DNA of 63,275 nucleotides, filler included, from Armatimonadota bacterium (lineage in GTDB: Bacteria; Armatimonadota; Fimbriimonadia; Fimbriimonadales; Fimbriimonadaceae), in assembly GCA_031400935.1 (NCBI GenBank). It is 9 parts of 9 records of this genome, joined end to end, with 100 filler letters (N's around TTAATTAATTAA, not from the genome) between each part and the next. Parts side by side here need not be neighbours in the genome. Positions count along the whole stretch, not along the records: positions 10,661 to 42,373 come from JANNQV010000036.1; 8 more parts are not named here. One strand, given 5' to 3'. Shown here piece after piece: positions 19,111-28,965 of this stretch (the first letter of the stretch is position 1; each line of letters opens with the position of its first letter). Under the pieces are notes generated by a model. The model searched no databases. It worked only from the letters and a program-made list of their open reading frames with translations, and was not told the DNA's origin. The position numbers and the translations under genes are program-made.

Positions 19111-20655
19111 ATGCCAATCGTATGGTCACTTCCTCCAAACAGTGCTGTTTTCGGCCAGGGCTTTCAAACTGTAAATTTGACTGAGTCGCTCCGCGTAACT
19201 GCAAAATCCTATACCCTCAAGCGTATTGATTTAGTAGCAGAATTTGCAGGCAAGGTGGAAGCTGTATTTGGAGTGACTAAGCTCAATGGAGACCAGATCA
19301 CTTTCTACCTTCCGACAGACTCTTCACGGTCATTCATTAGAAGAGCGATTGCGAAGGGAAACGTAACATTAGTTGATCCGGACGGCACAATCTCAGCTCA
19401 AAGGCTCGAATTCGACTGGGAAACGGGAATTGGAACAGCATCCGAAGCGGTCGTGAACATTGGCGGAATGAACTTAAGCGTGGCGCAAATTGAAATCCAA
19501 CCAGGCCAGTGGACATTGAACGGGGTTAACGCAAGTTTGTGCGAAGACCGTCACATCGGTTTTGCTTGTAAGAAGTTGGTTTATCGTCCTTCAGAACGAG
19601 CAGCTTTTCACAATGTCCAACTGAAATTTTTCGGGAAGACAATCATTGGTCAAAAATCCTATTCATTAGATTTGGGACCCGAGGACAGCACCACACTTTG
19701 GCCAAACATTGTGATTGGAGGATCAAAGGGAATTGGCGTGCAATGGACAGGCCGACACAAGATCACCGATGGCTTGCGGTTTTCAGCAAAGTTTGGAATA
19801 TCAACAGATTCAAGTCCCTGGGGCGAAGCCTATTTGAGCCAGGGATTCCTTCCTTTGGGAAGTGCAATTCGAGCACCTAGATCAGATTCTGCCGAAGTTG
19901 CGAGTTCAGGCTTCTTTGAAAACGTCCGTATTCGCGATCCAGAGACAGAAATTTCAAGAGAGAGGGAAGTTAGGGGTTCCATAAGTTTAGGCACAACCTG
20001 GAATCAAAGCCAATACACAGACTTGCCTGGACAAATCAACAAGCCGTACGAGCTAATCCTAGAGGGAGGAGGAAACTTGAATGAATTCGGTTGGTTTGCT
20101 CAAATCCGAAATCATAAACTGGACCAGATAGACGCCGACGATTTGAACCGAGTTACTACTCTGGCCACAGTTTCACTGCCAAGCATTTCAATTTCTAAAA
20201 AAGTTAAGTTGCTTTCCCGAATTGATTCGAGGACTTACGCATCTGGGCAAAGTGATCAGGGAGGATGGATTCGAGGGCAAGCAGGGGTCGTTCTGTCGCT
20301 GGACCGCCATGTGCGAATCGGGGTCGCATATTCAAACTCAACTTCTTTTGGCGACCCACCGTCAACCATTGATGCCTTAGACTCTAAATCAGCCTTCCAT
20401 TTCCGTGCAGACCTCGCAGGCGGTTCAACAAATGTAAGCACTCTTTTAAAATACGATCCGGATCGCAAAGATTGGTACGACTACGAATTCTCGATTCACC
20501 AGTTAGCTGGATGTATAGAACCGTTTGTGTCGTTCCGTTCTCGCCCGCGAAGAATCACGTTTGGATTCACTCTTAGGCCATTTGAAAAAATACAACGCCT
20601 CGAAGAATCAACTTCGAAGCGTCTGATTGGCAACCACTTGCCACCAAAGAACTAA
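19111..20655 (+). CDS. LptD/OstA-like outer-membrane assembly protein
   Basis: OstA-type beta-jellyroll start (AKGNVTLVD..ISAQRLEFDW), then alternating beta-strand pattern. Confidence 0.55.
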   Translation: MPIVWSLPPNSAVFGQGFQTVNLTESLRVTAKSYTLKRIDLVAEFAGKVEAVFGVTKLNGDQITFYLPTDSSRSFIRRAIAKGNVTLVDPDGTISAQRLEFDWETGIGTASEAVVNIGGMNLSVAQIEIQPGQWTLNGVNASLCEDRHIGFACKKLVYRPSERAAFHNVQLKFFGKTIIGQKSYSLDLGPEDSTTLWPNIVIGGSKGIGVQWTGRHKITDGLRFSAKFGISTDSSPWGEAYLSQGFLPLGSAIRAPRSDSAEVASSGFFENVRIRDPETEISREREVRGSISLGTTWNQSQYTDLPGQINKPYELILEGGGNLNEFGWFAQIRNHKLDQIDADDLNRVTTLATVSLPSISISKKVKLLSRIDSRTYASGQSDQGGWIRGQAGVVLSLDRHVRIGVAYSNSTSFGDPPSTIDALDSKSAFHFRADLAGGSTNVSTLLKYDPDRKDWYDYEFSIHQLAGCIEPFVSFRSRPRRITFGFTLRPFEKIQRLEESTSKRLIGNHLPPKN

Positions 20656-20858
20656 GCGGCTTTTACTTCAACAGCGACGCACGATACAACACGATCTAGC
20701 CTAATGTCGCCGTTACTCGTTACAAAGCAGGGGCCATAGAATGGAACAAAATTCACTTCAAGTACGTGAACGACTTCGGAAACGACCTCGCCGTTCCTGT
20801 CTTTCCACCCAAGAGTGACCTTTCGGTTCGCATATGCTTTGGCTTCAGTGATGTCCAT
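20652..20858 (-). CDS. Small hypothetical protein
   Basis: 68-aa ORF with globular beta-rich composition, filling the gap. Confidence 0.65.
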   Translation of the reverse strand: MDITEAKAYANRKVTLGWKDRNGEVVSEVVHVLEVNFVPFYGPCFVTSNGDIRLDRVVSCVAVEVKAA

Positions 20859-21033
20859 AGGTTGACTTTTAATAGTTCAGCGATTTACTCCGCTCCCAAT
20901 ATTCATATTCCATAATTATCGTTGGAAAATGACCCGGTAATTAGACTCGAAGATCAGTTTTTGAACTGTTTCTATCGAGAATGTGGAAAACTCGAGGACG
21001 CGGACTTATTTGCACTGTCGTCATTAGCATCAA

Positions 21034-22269
21034 ATGCAAATCATAACTCTTTCCGTGCTTGCGCTGGGAAATCTTGGTTTTTCAGGCTTTCAAGAACTAC
21101 AAGCGGTTGCAGAACCACAACGACTGGCCCTGACTCCCGTTATTGACGGGAAGTTGGAAGCCAACGAATGGGATTCCTATTCAGGAGTTCCAGGAAAAGA
21201 AACGTTCTTTCAGTGGGAGCCTGGAAGAATTTACGCCGCATCAAAACTTGGCGAAAACGAAGACATGCTGGTTTCAATTGATGCTCAATCTGACGGTTGG
21301 CTAATTGGAAAGGCCAACTACGACTTCCGAATTTCGATCAACAATGGAAAACCAGTTTTGCGAGCACGATATCTTGACTCTTCTCTACGATCTGGGCCAG
21401 CATGGTTCGATGCACCCGAATTTCTAAGGCTCTCGCTTGCCTCCGCTGCTCCTGGAGAAAGTGGATATATTGTTGAGTGCGCGATAGACGACAGTGGAGC
21501 AAATCTACTTCGAAATGAAACTGGAAAAATGGGTGTAAGGGTAGACATCGTGCCTACCGGGCAAGAATTCGAGGCGTTTTTACCACGGACAATGACTCAA
21601 TCTGAATTTGTCCTTGATCGTGCATCAAATGTTCCTGGTGGTTTGAGATGGATCCCGGGTTACATTTCACGAAATGTTGTCGCGGGCCAAGTGATGAAAG
21701 TTCGCTTTCACTTCAATGGCGATCCGGCAATGAACCTGGTACGTTTTGATGTTGACGCCCTTCATCATGTAACTGAAGTTGCTGCAAAACTCTCCTATCC
21801 CTTTCCCCAGTTCGATAGGAAGGGGCACACGGCCATTGATTTCATGACTCCGATTCCGGCAAATGCGACGACAGGATATCGAACTTTGCGAGGCGAAGTA
21901 ACTGATTCGGCAGGCAAAACCACTTTCTTAAGATCAAGTTACCGAGTGGCACCTCTAGTTGAACTGGCTCTAAATCAGCAACGAAATCTCAAATCGAGCA
22001 CTAAGGAACGGAAGCTCAAGTTCTCATACTTTGTTCAGTCGAACTCTTTGAAGAGGATTAATTGCGTAGTCAGGATTCAGGTTCCAACTCAATGGAAAAT
22101 CTTGTCTGGCGAAGTCTTCCCGATTGTTATTTACAATTCATATTCGCGTCAAAAGAGAACGTTTGAGGTCAATATTCCAGCCGATGCTAAAGGCAGTTTT
22201 CCCGTTACTTTGACCGCAAAAGTTGGAGAAAAAGAATTTCAAGACTCCTGTTGGATTGAAATTCAATAA
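21034..22269 (+). CDS. Exported protein (CBM9/DOMON-like N-terminus plus Ig-like domains)
   Basis: Signal-like N-terminus; PVIDGKLEANEW motif; beta-rich; TAATG-coupled to next gene. Confidence 0.65.
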   Translation: MQIITLSVLALGNLGFSGFQELQAVAEPQRLALTPVIDGKLEANEWDSYSGVPGKETFFQWEPGRIYAASKLGENEDMLVSIDAQSDGWLIGKANYDFRISINNGKPVLRARYLDSSLRSGPAWFDAPEFLRLSLASAAPGESGYIVECAIDDSGANLLRNETGKMGVRVDIVPTGQEFEAFLPRTMTQSEFVLDRASNVPGGLRWIPGYISRNVVAGQVMKVRFHFNGDPAMNLVRFDVDALHHVTEVAAKLSYPFPQFDRKGHTAIDFMTPIPANATTGYRTLRGEVTDSAGKTTFLRSSYRVAPLVELALNQQRNLKSSTKERKLKFSYFVQSNSLKRINCVVRIQVPTQWKILSGEVFPIVIYNSYSRQKRTFEVNIPADAKGSFPVTLTAKVGEKEFQDSCWIEIQ

Positions 22270-23015
22270 TGGAAGGAATTGCCGGTTTGTTTGCTCCTGT
22301 GGTGACACCATTTACTGATGATGGGTCAACAGTTAGTGATGTTCGGCTATCTCGCCAAGTTCGGCATCTAATTGAAAATGGGATTGCTGGATTCATAACA
22401 ACGAGCGACACGGGAGAGTTTCTCGCCACGAGCTTCGCAGAGCGAAAAACAGTTCTTGAAATTGTAGTTCGAGAAGCGCAGGGGCGACCTGTTCTGGCCC
22501 ATGTTTCAACTATGTCAACTTCATCAAGTCTTGACCTCGCGCAACATGCAGGACGGCACGGTGCGAGAGCCGCGATCCTTATGCCACCGTATTATGGGAG
22601 ATATACAGATGATGAAGTTGCTCGCTTTTTTGAGACCATCGCTAGCTACGCAAATATCGCGGTGATTGCTGTTGATCCGCTAGATAGAATCACTCCCGAA
22701 TTGAAAGACAAGTTGGGAACCATTCCGATGGTTCATCTTGCGGAGCCAGTTCCACAACCCAACCAGCATCCAACTTATTCCGACTCGTTCCGGTTAGATG
22801 CGATGGTTACTACGCCAGCAGCGCTACTTATGCAGAGTGGTGATTTAGGCAAGATAGACTCTCTTCTTGCCGAATATAGCGGAAAGAGAGTTTGCAAAGC
22901 AGGGTTTGAAGTGCTTGAACTTGAAATGGGAAGCCCGCGCTCGCCTGCGATGCCGGTTCCGTTCGAAGTAATGGTGCAATTGCGCGAAATGCTCGGATCG
23001 GTTCAAGATTCGTGA
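22269..23015 (+). CDS. DapA/NAL-fold protein lacking catalytic residues
   Basis: VVTPFTDDG, SDTGEF, MPPYY kept; YN and GIK motifs absent. Confidence 0.8.
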   Translation: MEGIAGLFAPVVTPFTDDGSTVSDVRLSRQVRHLIENGIAGFITTSDTGEFLATSFAERKTVLEIVVREAQGRPVLAHVSTMSTSSSLDLAQHAGRHGARAAILMPPYYGRYTDDEVARFFETIASYANIAVIAVDPLDRITPELKDKLGTIPMVHLAEPVPQPNQHPTYSDSFRLDAMVTTPAALLMQSGDLGKIDSLLAEYSGKRVCKAGFEVLELEMGSPRSPAMPVPFEVMVQLREMLGSVQDS

Positions 23016-23812
23016 ATTCGCAGAACTCTTGCAAGGATCGGTCCTTTTCTCTTTGGATACAGCATCACATGGAATTCGTCATCGAAACAATTAACCTTTA
23101 CTTCTGTTGGAATCGCTCTCAATTCCCAAAGTTGAAGTGCAGTTTTCTCGAGAACTGCCTGAAGAAGAACAGAATGGTCAGCGGAAGATAGCGGCGTTTC
23201 CAATTCCGGAATTCCAATTTTTACAAGCCCGCGAGTAAATGCGAGTCCATTGGAATCGTGCCGCTCCCAACCGGTACGAAGATGAAACTCTGGAGTATCC
23301 GCTCGCTCGATTGATTCAAGCGACGCACGAAATTCATTTGACGTATATAAGCGCTCAGAAATCGTGTCGAATACGACTTCAGCATTGGTCAGCCAAGCCA
23401 CAGCCTCTGCCAGATACGGCATGAATTGCAGATGACGGTCATCTGTCAGCTTATTGGTCGAGAGGAATCTGAGTTTGGCTAGAGCAACTGAAGTTCCTAA
23501 ACCCTTTAATACTTCAGCACTTGGCTGAATGTGTTCATCAAAGAGATCGGGCCGAAAAACGTGTGCATTTCGCTCTCGAAGGATCAATGCGATGTGAAGT
23601 CGAATGTCCGAGAATACAATTGCTTCTCGCGGAGTAATCATTGGCTCTTCACCAGTTGAGAACGGATTCACCCGTGTCATTCGTGCCATGTATGCGGCTT
23701 GAGGTGGAAGTTTTGGGCGATTGATATAGACAAAATACTCGCAACAAGCGAGGTAATTAGGCACTTGGCGGTCAAAAGGCCATTTCACTACGTTCTTGCT
23801 CCAGAAAGCCAT
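23003..23812 (-). CDS. Hypothetical protein (C-terminus resembles DUF4261-type FTRGL..IG.PELE)
   Basis: 269-aa ORF; family call by motif resemblance only. Confidence 0.65.
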   Translation of the reverse strand: MAFWSKNVVKWPFDRQVPNYLACCEYFVYINRPKLPPQAAYMARMTRVNPFSTGEEPMITPREAIVFSDIRLHIALILRERNAHVFRPDLFDEHIQPSAEVLKGLGTSVALAKLRFLSTNKLTDDRHLQFMPYLAEAVAWLTNAEVVFDTISERLYTSNEFRASLESIERADTPEFHLRTGWERHDSNGLAFTRGLVKIGIPELETPLSSADHSVLLQAVLEKTALQLWELRAIPTEVKVNCFDDEFHVMLYPKRKGPILARVLRIHES

Positions 23813-24003
23813 TGCGATGCCAAAGCGAATTCATCATCGGTCAAGAGTGCCCAACAGCAATGGCACAGCGCAGCTTCGTTGACATGCGGATTGCGACACA
23901 ACAGGCAACTATCAATTCGCCTAAATGTGCGAATAGATTTGGCACTCCTTAGGTGCGTTTTTAGCTCGTATCGAGGGATTCCCTCTGAGTTGAAGCGATC
24001 CAC
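23788..24003 (-). CDS. Small zinc-finger protein
   Basis: CLLC...CHCC; TACAAT -10 box 6 nt upstream of GTG. Confidence 0.7.
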   Translation of the reverse strand: MDRFNSEGIPRYELKTHLRSAKSIRTFRRIDSCLLCRNPHVNEAALCHCCWALLTDDEFALASQWLSGART

Positions 24004-24072
24004 TTCTTGATTGTACTTTGATAGCGCAAAAACGCAATCTCGTTATCTACCCAAACAGCTCGTTCGCCAATT

Positions 24073-24645
24073 CTAATACTTGTACTTCGGCTCCCAATCG
24101 TTTGCCCCATCTTTCAACAGGTCAAAAAACGGCCAAACTGAGCAAAAGTCATCGCCAGGTCCAAACTCTGTGCTACTGGTTCTCACGATGGTGCCGTCAG
24201 AATTCCTTCGGAATGCAGATACGCCCGGCCACCAATCACCATCATTACTTTGAAAACCCATTGCCTTACCGAATTGACTGTCGTGCCCCGAAACCATTGG
24301 AAAATTCCAATTTCTGGACTCCGAGAATTCCTTGGCAAGCTCCCAAGAATCGCCGCTGCAAAGCACAAAGGAGCATCTGCTAGCGATGTGTTGATAGAAT
24401 CCCGTGAATCCATCTGCCCAAAGGGTGCAGTACGAACATCCTCGGCCCATATTGTGGATAACCAATAGGTCGTCTTTTTCGCCAAATAGTTCGCTAAGTC
24501 GAACCTGTGTTCCGTTTAAACTTGTCAGCAAGTGATCTTCAACCAGTTCATCTGGCGATTCCTGACGAAGCTTAGTCAATTGTTGCTTGAGTTCAGAAAT
24601 CTGTTTTGAAATTTCAGTTAACTGATCAATATTTGCAGTTGCCAT
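24073..24645 (-). CDS. DUF899 thioredoxin-fold protein
   Basis: LSELFGEKDDLLVIHNMGRGCSYCTLWADG, PGVSAF. Confidence 0.85.
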   Translation of the reverse strand: MATANIDQLTEISKQISELKQQLTKLRQESPDELVEDHLLTSLNGTQVRLSELFGEKDDLLVIHNMGRGCSYCTLWADGFTGFYQHIASRCSFVLCSGDSWELAKEFSESRNWNFPMVSGHDSQFGKAMGFQSNDGDWWPGVSAFRRNSDGTIVRTSSTEFGPGDDFCSVWPFFDLLKDGANDWEPKYKY

Positions 24646-24741
24646 GTGAACAATCCATGCGATACTCTCGCCTTATCCTTTATAGTACATTTAATGTGCG
24701 AGAAATTTAGTGATAAATATCTCGCAAAGGAACTGAAACCT

Positions 24742-25107
24742 ATGAAAATTCAAGCACTTGTATTGATTATGGTGTTCTCTATGGCAATGCTTTGCTCTGC
24801 GGGATGTTCAAAGCCTCCTGCAGGAGGCACTGAAAGCGATGTCGCAGGGAATTCAGTCCAGGAACCTAATGCAACTGCACCTGGAAATCCTGACACTCCA
24901 GTTTCTTCCCAAGGAGGAAGTTCTGGTGCAGGAGGAAACATTGCTCCAATGGCGGGAATGGGCGCAGGAGGCCTGACACCTGTTCAAGGTTCAGAAAGTA
25001 TTCAAGGCGGTGGCAGTGGAGTTGGCCAAGTTATGAAGGAAAAGGCTAAAGACATTGCGGCTAAAGGTGGCGGAAGCGTTGGAAACGTTGGGGAAGACGG
25101 CCAGTAG
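24742..25107 (+). CDS. Gly-rich lipoprotein
   Basis: MKIQ... hydrophobic stretch, SAG-C lipobox, low-complexity body. Confidence 0.7.
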   Translation: MKIQALVLIMVFSMAMLCSAGCSKPPAGGTESDVAGNSVQEPNATAPGNPDTPVSSQGGSSGAGGNIAPMAGMGAGGLTPVQGSESIQGGGSGVGQVMKEKAKDIAAKGGGSVGNVGEDGQ

Positions 25108-25111
25108 CTGA

Positions 25112-25558
25112 CTAACTGAGTTTCGTCAAAGCCGCATCCAATTGCAAATTGGTAGTTCTCAGTCGTTGAACAAGCACCTTTGAAATATTCAAGATGACGT
25201 TGTAAGCCAATTCATGGTCTCCTGTCAAAATCTGCTTTAGCGAATCGTAGGGAAGCACAGCCACCTTTGTCTCTCCGACAGCGAGCACCGTAGCCGACCT
25301 GGGCTGATCGTCAATCAATGCCATCTCGCCGATCAAGCTGCCGATGCTGACTTCTGCAATGGTTTCACCTGAATAGGTTGTAATTCTTGCCGAACCTTCC
25401 AAAATGATCATAAGGTCATAATTTTTTTCAAACTGGCGCATCAGTGTATCGCCGCCATGAAATGATCGCATGATCGCAGCATTCTTCACTGCCTGAATCT
25501 GATGGGCTTCCAAATTTCGAAAGACATAACTGTTTTGTATCGCTTCGCCAATATCCAT
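25112..25558 (-). CDS. Stand-alone cyclic-nucleotide-binding protein
   Basis: GEMALIDDQPRSATV. Confidence 0.88.
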   Translation of the reverse strand: MDIGEAIQNSYVFRNLEAHQIQAVKNAAIMRSFHGGDTLMRQFEKNYDLMIILEGSARITTYSGETIAEVSIGSLIGEMALIDDQPRSATVLAVGETKVAVLPYDSLKQILTGDHELAYNVILNISKVLVQRLRTTNLQLDAALTKLS

Positions 25559-25671
25559 TGTTCAAATAGCCTATCCTAAAATTCAACATGAATTCACTTT
25601 TTCCTTCCAAAATCGCACTTTCTTTAATGATCCTTTACTTCTAACGCAGGAATCAGTATGCTTTCTTAAAC

Positions 25672-26823
25672 ATGGAATTTGTAGTTCGTCCTTATGAGGC
25701 CTCGGATAGAGTTGGGTTCAATTTGGTCCGATCGAAGGTTTACAGAAATGGCGAGCAGATTCCTGATGATGAAAATCTTGTTCCAGAAGACGGGAGCGGC
25801 ACGGTAGTTGAAGCTAACGGTCAAATTGTGGGCGCAGCTACCGGAATTTCATTTGACACCGAGTTCTGGGGCAACCGCATCATGTGCGTAGGAATTGCCG
25901 CTGTAGGCGTCTTGCCAGAGTGGCGGGGAACCGGTGCTGGTGCTGCATTAATGCATGGTGCGCATCAACAGTATTACAAGTCTGGCTTTGACATCGCGGC
26001 ACTGTATCCGTTCAGGGCCGCATTTTATAGGAAATTTGGATACGAATACTCCGGCTATTGGCTCAAAATAAAAGCAAATCCTAATCAGTTGCAAATTTCT
26101 GGCGATTTGCTGCCAATTCGCGAGATTCCGAATTCAAACTATAATGCAATTCGGCCCGTTTACGAGAGGTATGCAAGCCAAATGAATGGCATGAACTTTC
26201 GAAACGAGCTTCAATGGCAGAGGATCATTGGAAAGGAAAAGCCTTGCTCTATTTATGTTGCTGGTGATCCAATCGAAGCCTATGCGATTGTGCGTTTGGA
26301 CGGGACGTTTTGGGTTTCCCAGCCTATAAAGGAACTCGTTGCATATACAAATCGCGGCTATTCTTCGATGCTGGGTTTTATGAACGGCCTTGCAAACAAT
26401 AAGACGGAATTAGAATGGTTCGAACCTGCAAATTCCCGATTATTGAATTCTCAAACCGAACAAGGAATGCAGATTGCAAGGGACGCCCAGGTCATGTGGC
26501 GAGTCTTAAATGTCGAAGCAATCCTTGGAAAATTGCAAGTTTCCAACGGTGAGAGTGTTTCACTGTCCGTCATTGATCCTGAAATTTCCGCAAATAGCTG
26601 CACTTGGGTTACTACGACGTCAGGATTCGAGCCTTCCGCTGCGAAGTTAGGAAATGCAGACGTTACTGCAACAATCGGGCAATTCACACAAATGGCTTTA
26701 GGCCAGCCAGCATTTGCGGAGTTAGCTGAACAGCAAACACTGATGGTCAACAGACCAAGTTCCATTACTCGACTTTCGGAGATATTCGCACCAAGAACAG
26801 TCTGCCACGCAGACTGGTACTAA
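25672..26823 (+). CDS. Eis-family GNAT acetyltransferase
   Basis: GIAAVGVLPEWRGTGAG, LYPF..FYRKFGY, SCP2-like tail ending DWY. Confidence 0.85.
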   Translation: MEFVVRPYEASDRVGFNLVRSKVYRNGEQIPDDENLVPEDGSGTVVEANGQIVGAATGISFDTEFWGNRIMCVGIAAVGVLPEWRGTGAGAALMHGAHQQYYKSGFDIAALYPFRAAFYRKFGYEYSGYWLKIKANPNQLQISGDLLPIREIPNSNYNAIRPVYERYASQMNGMNFRNELQWQRIIGKEKPCSIYVAGDPIEAYAIVRLDGTFWVSQPIKELVAYTNRGYSSMLGFMNGLANNKTELEWFEPANSRLLNSQTEQGMQIARDAQVMWRVLNVEAILGKLQVSNGESVSLSVIDPEISANSCTWVTTTSGFEPSAAKLGNADVTATIGQFTQMALGQPAFAELAEQQTLMVNRPSSITRLSEIFAPRTVCHADWY

Positions 26824-26851
26824 AGGGATGACTAATCAAGCAAAATAATCT

Positions 26852-27679
26852 ATGAGCAACGCAATTCGTATCTCACAAAACCAGAAGCTATCTCTGAAAT
26901 CAATAGACCCAGAAGCCTCCGGTGGGCTGAACAAGGAAGACGCCAAAGAGAGAATTCAAGAGCTCGGAAATGAATTAGAAGAGTTGCAAGAGTTGCTTTC
27001 GGTTTCAGGCATGAACGGCCTTTTGATCGTTTTTCAAGGAAGGGACACCGCTGGGAAAGAGGGTGCGATCAAGTCAGTTCTCAACTTTTCAAGTGTTAGA
27101 ACTTGCAATGTAGCAGCATTTAAGGTTCCCACACCGCTTGAATTATCACACGACTTTTTGTGGCGAATTCATCACAACGCACCAGCTAAAGGTTCGATTT
27201 CCATATTCAACAGGTCGCACTATGAAGACGTTTTGGTAGTTCGCGTTCACGAATTTGTACCAAAGGACATCTGGGGCAAGAGATACGACCATATCAATGC
27301 ATGGGAAAAACTGCTGACCGATTCTGGCACGATAATTCTCAAATTCATGCTTCACATTAGTTTTGAAGAACAGGAACAGCAATTGCTTGATCGAGAAAAG
27401 GAAGTAGAGAAAGCGTGGAAACTAAATGTTCAGGACTGGCGCGAGCGGGAATATTGGGATAAATACACAGAAGCCTACGAAGATGCGTTGACAATGTGTT
27501 CCCCTGAAAGCGCACCTTGGTTCGTAATTCCAGCCAACAAGAAATCGGCTAGGGATGTTGCCATATTGGAGACTATCGTCGAAACCCTGCGGCCATACAA
27601 GAAAAGTTGGTTACAGCGTTTGGAAGCTATCGGTGCGAAAGCAAAAGAAGAGCTTCGAGTGTTTCGCGAAGAAAAATAA
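26852..27679 (+). CDS. ppk2: Polyphosphate kinase 2 (class III-like)
   Basis: GRDTAGKEG Walker A, HDFLWR, FNRSHYEDVL, APWFVIPA. Confidence 0.93.
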   Translation: MSNAIRISQNQKLSLKSIDPEASGGLNKEDAKERIQELGNELEELQELLSVSGMNGLLIVFQGRDTAGKEGAIKSVLNFSSVRTCNVAAFKVPTPLELSHDFLWRIHHNAPAKGSISIFNRSHYEDVLVVRVHEFVPKDIWGKRYDHINAWEKLLTDSGTIILKFMLHISFEEQEQQLLDREKEVEKAWKLNVQDWREREYWDKYTEAYEDALTMCSPESAPWFVIPANKKSARDVAILETIVETLRPYKKSWLQRLEAIGAKAKEELRVFREEK

Positions 27680-27681
27680 CG

Positions 27682-28422
27682 TTACAAGTAACTCAATGAT
27701 CTCGCAGAATTGCGAAACGCATCTACAACTTTCGGAGCCCTAAGTTTTGAAGATGCATAGGCAATCGTGAATATTTGCTGTTTGCGAATTGTCGAATACA
27801 CAAATCTCGAAACGTTCGTCTTTGCAGGTCCTTCTTCGTATGCGAATTGAAATTCGAGCATCTTTCCAGCTTCTGAGTCAATCTCTGAAACGGCTATTTT
27901 CACACCAGGTTTTTGATCAGAAAGTTCTTTGACAACCAGATCCTTTACTGCCTTTAGCGTTAAAGTTTCTTGTACACCTCGAATGCTAACATTCATGTTG
28001 TCTGCGAAGCCATCAGTAACTGAAGCGGGACGCATGTTCATCGCGAAAACGACCCCGCCAGAAGGGCGAAGTGCATTACATTGGGATTGGATTTGAGTAG
28101 CTAACTGTGGAACATCGCTTTTAATTCGACCGGAAAAAGCTGCGATTTCGCGATCTGTCAGAATTGTTCCTCGGAAATCGAGTGGTAGGGTGATCTGGAA
28201 ATCATCTATAAACGATGTCAATTGAACTAAGCTTTGCCCGTCAACCTCTACCTTGACTGTGGTAGCTTCAAGCGTCGGCTCAGTTTTTGCAACAGATTCC
28301 GCACTAGAAGCTACCGAATTCGATGGAACTGCTGGCTTGTCTGGTTTTTGGCAGCCAGCTAATGCAAATGAGGCAATGACCAGGTTGCAAGAAAAAAGTC
28401 GGACGATGAATAACCGATTCAT
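27682..28422 (-). CDS. Lipoprotein of unknown function
   Basis: LAG-C lipobox; PsbP/DcrB-like composition. Confidence 0.7.
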   Translation of the reverse strand: MNRLFIVRLFSCNLVIASFALAGCQKPDKPAVPSNSVASSAESVAKTEPTLEATTVKVEVDGQSLVQLTSFIDDFQITLPLDFRGTILTDREIAAFSGRIKSDVPQLATQIQSQCNALRPSGGVVFAMNMRPASVTDGFADNMNVSIRGVQETLTLKAVKDLVVKELSDQKPGVKIAVSEIDSEAGKMLEFQFAYEEGPAKTNVSRFVYSTIRKQQIFTIAYASSKLRAPKVVDAFRNSARSLSYL

Positions 28423-28467
28423 ATCAAAATAGGATACTTCGGAAAAGGCTTCTCTAATGCCTGTCAA

Positions 28468-28872
28468 CTACAAATCGTAACGCTTAGGACCGTCGCCTTC
28501 TTTGTTGCCTTCAAGAATTCGTTTGACGAACGAGATCAACTCGATCGGATTAAATGGCTTGGTCAAATACATATCTGCACCATAGCTGTATCCTTCAAAA
28601 ACGTCCTTATCCTGGGCTTTGGCAGTAAGCATGATTACGGGAATGGCTTCTGTTTCAGGCTCTCTTCGCAAATTCTTGAGGACTTCAAATCCGTCCATAT
28701 ACGGCATCATGACGTCAAGAACAACGAGATCGGGCTTTTCAGCTAACGTCTTTTCTAGTCCCTCTTTGCCATCATAGGCAGTAACGACCGTGTAACCCTG
28801 GCGTTCCAAGTTCACTTGAATCAGTCGTACAATATGTCGTTCGTCGTCACAAACCAGAATCTTAGTTCCCAT
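28468..28872 (-). CDS. Single-domain response regulator
   Basis: VCDD, LDVMMP, MLTAK, YLTKPF; no output domain. Confidence 0.93.
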   Translation of the reverse strand: MGTKILVCDDERHIVRLIQVNLERQGYTVVTAYDGKEGLEKTLAEKPDLVVLDVMMPYMDGFEVLKNLRREPETEAIPVIMLTAKAQDKDVFEGYSYGADMYLTKPFNPIELISFVKRILEGNKEGDGPKRYDL

Positions 28873-28965
28873 TCAGTTCTCCTTGAAAAAGGCGTCAATC
28901 TTGTAACTCATGCTACCCAAAAGCATGAGTCAAGTCAACTGGGAGAGAGGGTACCTTAACAACCT

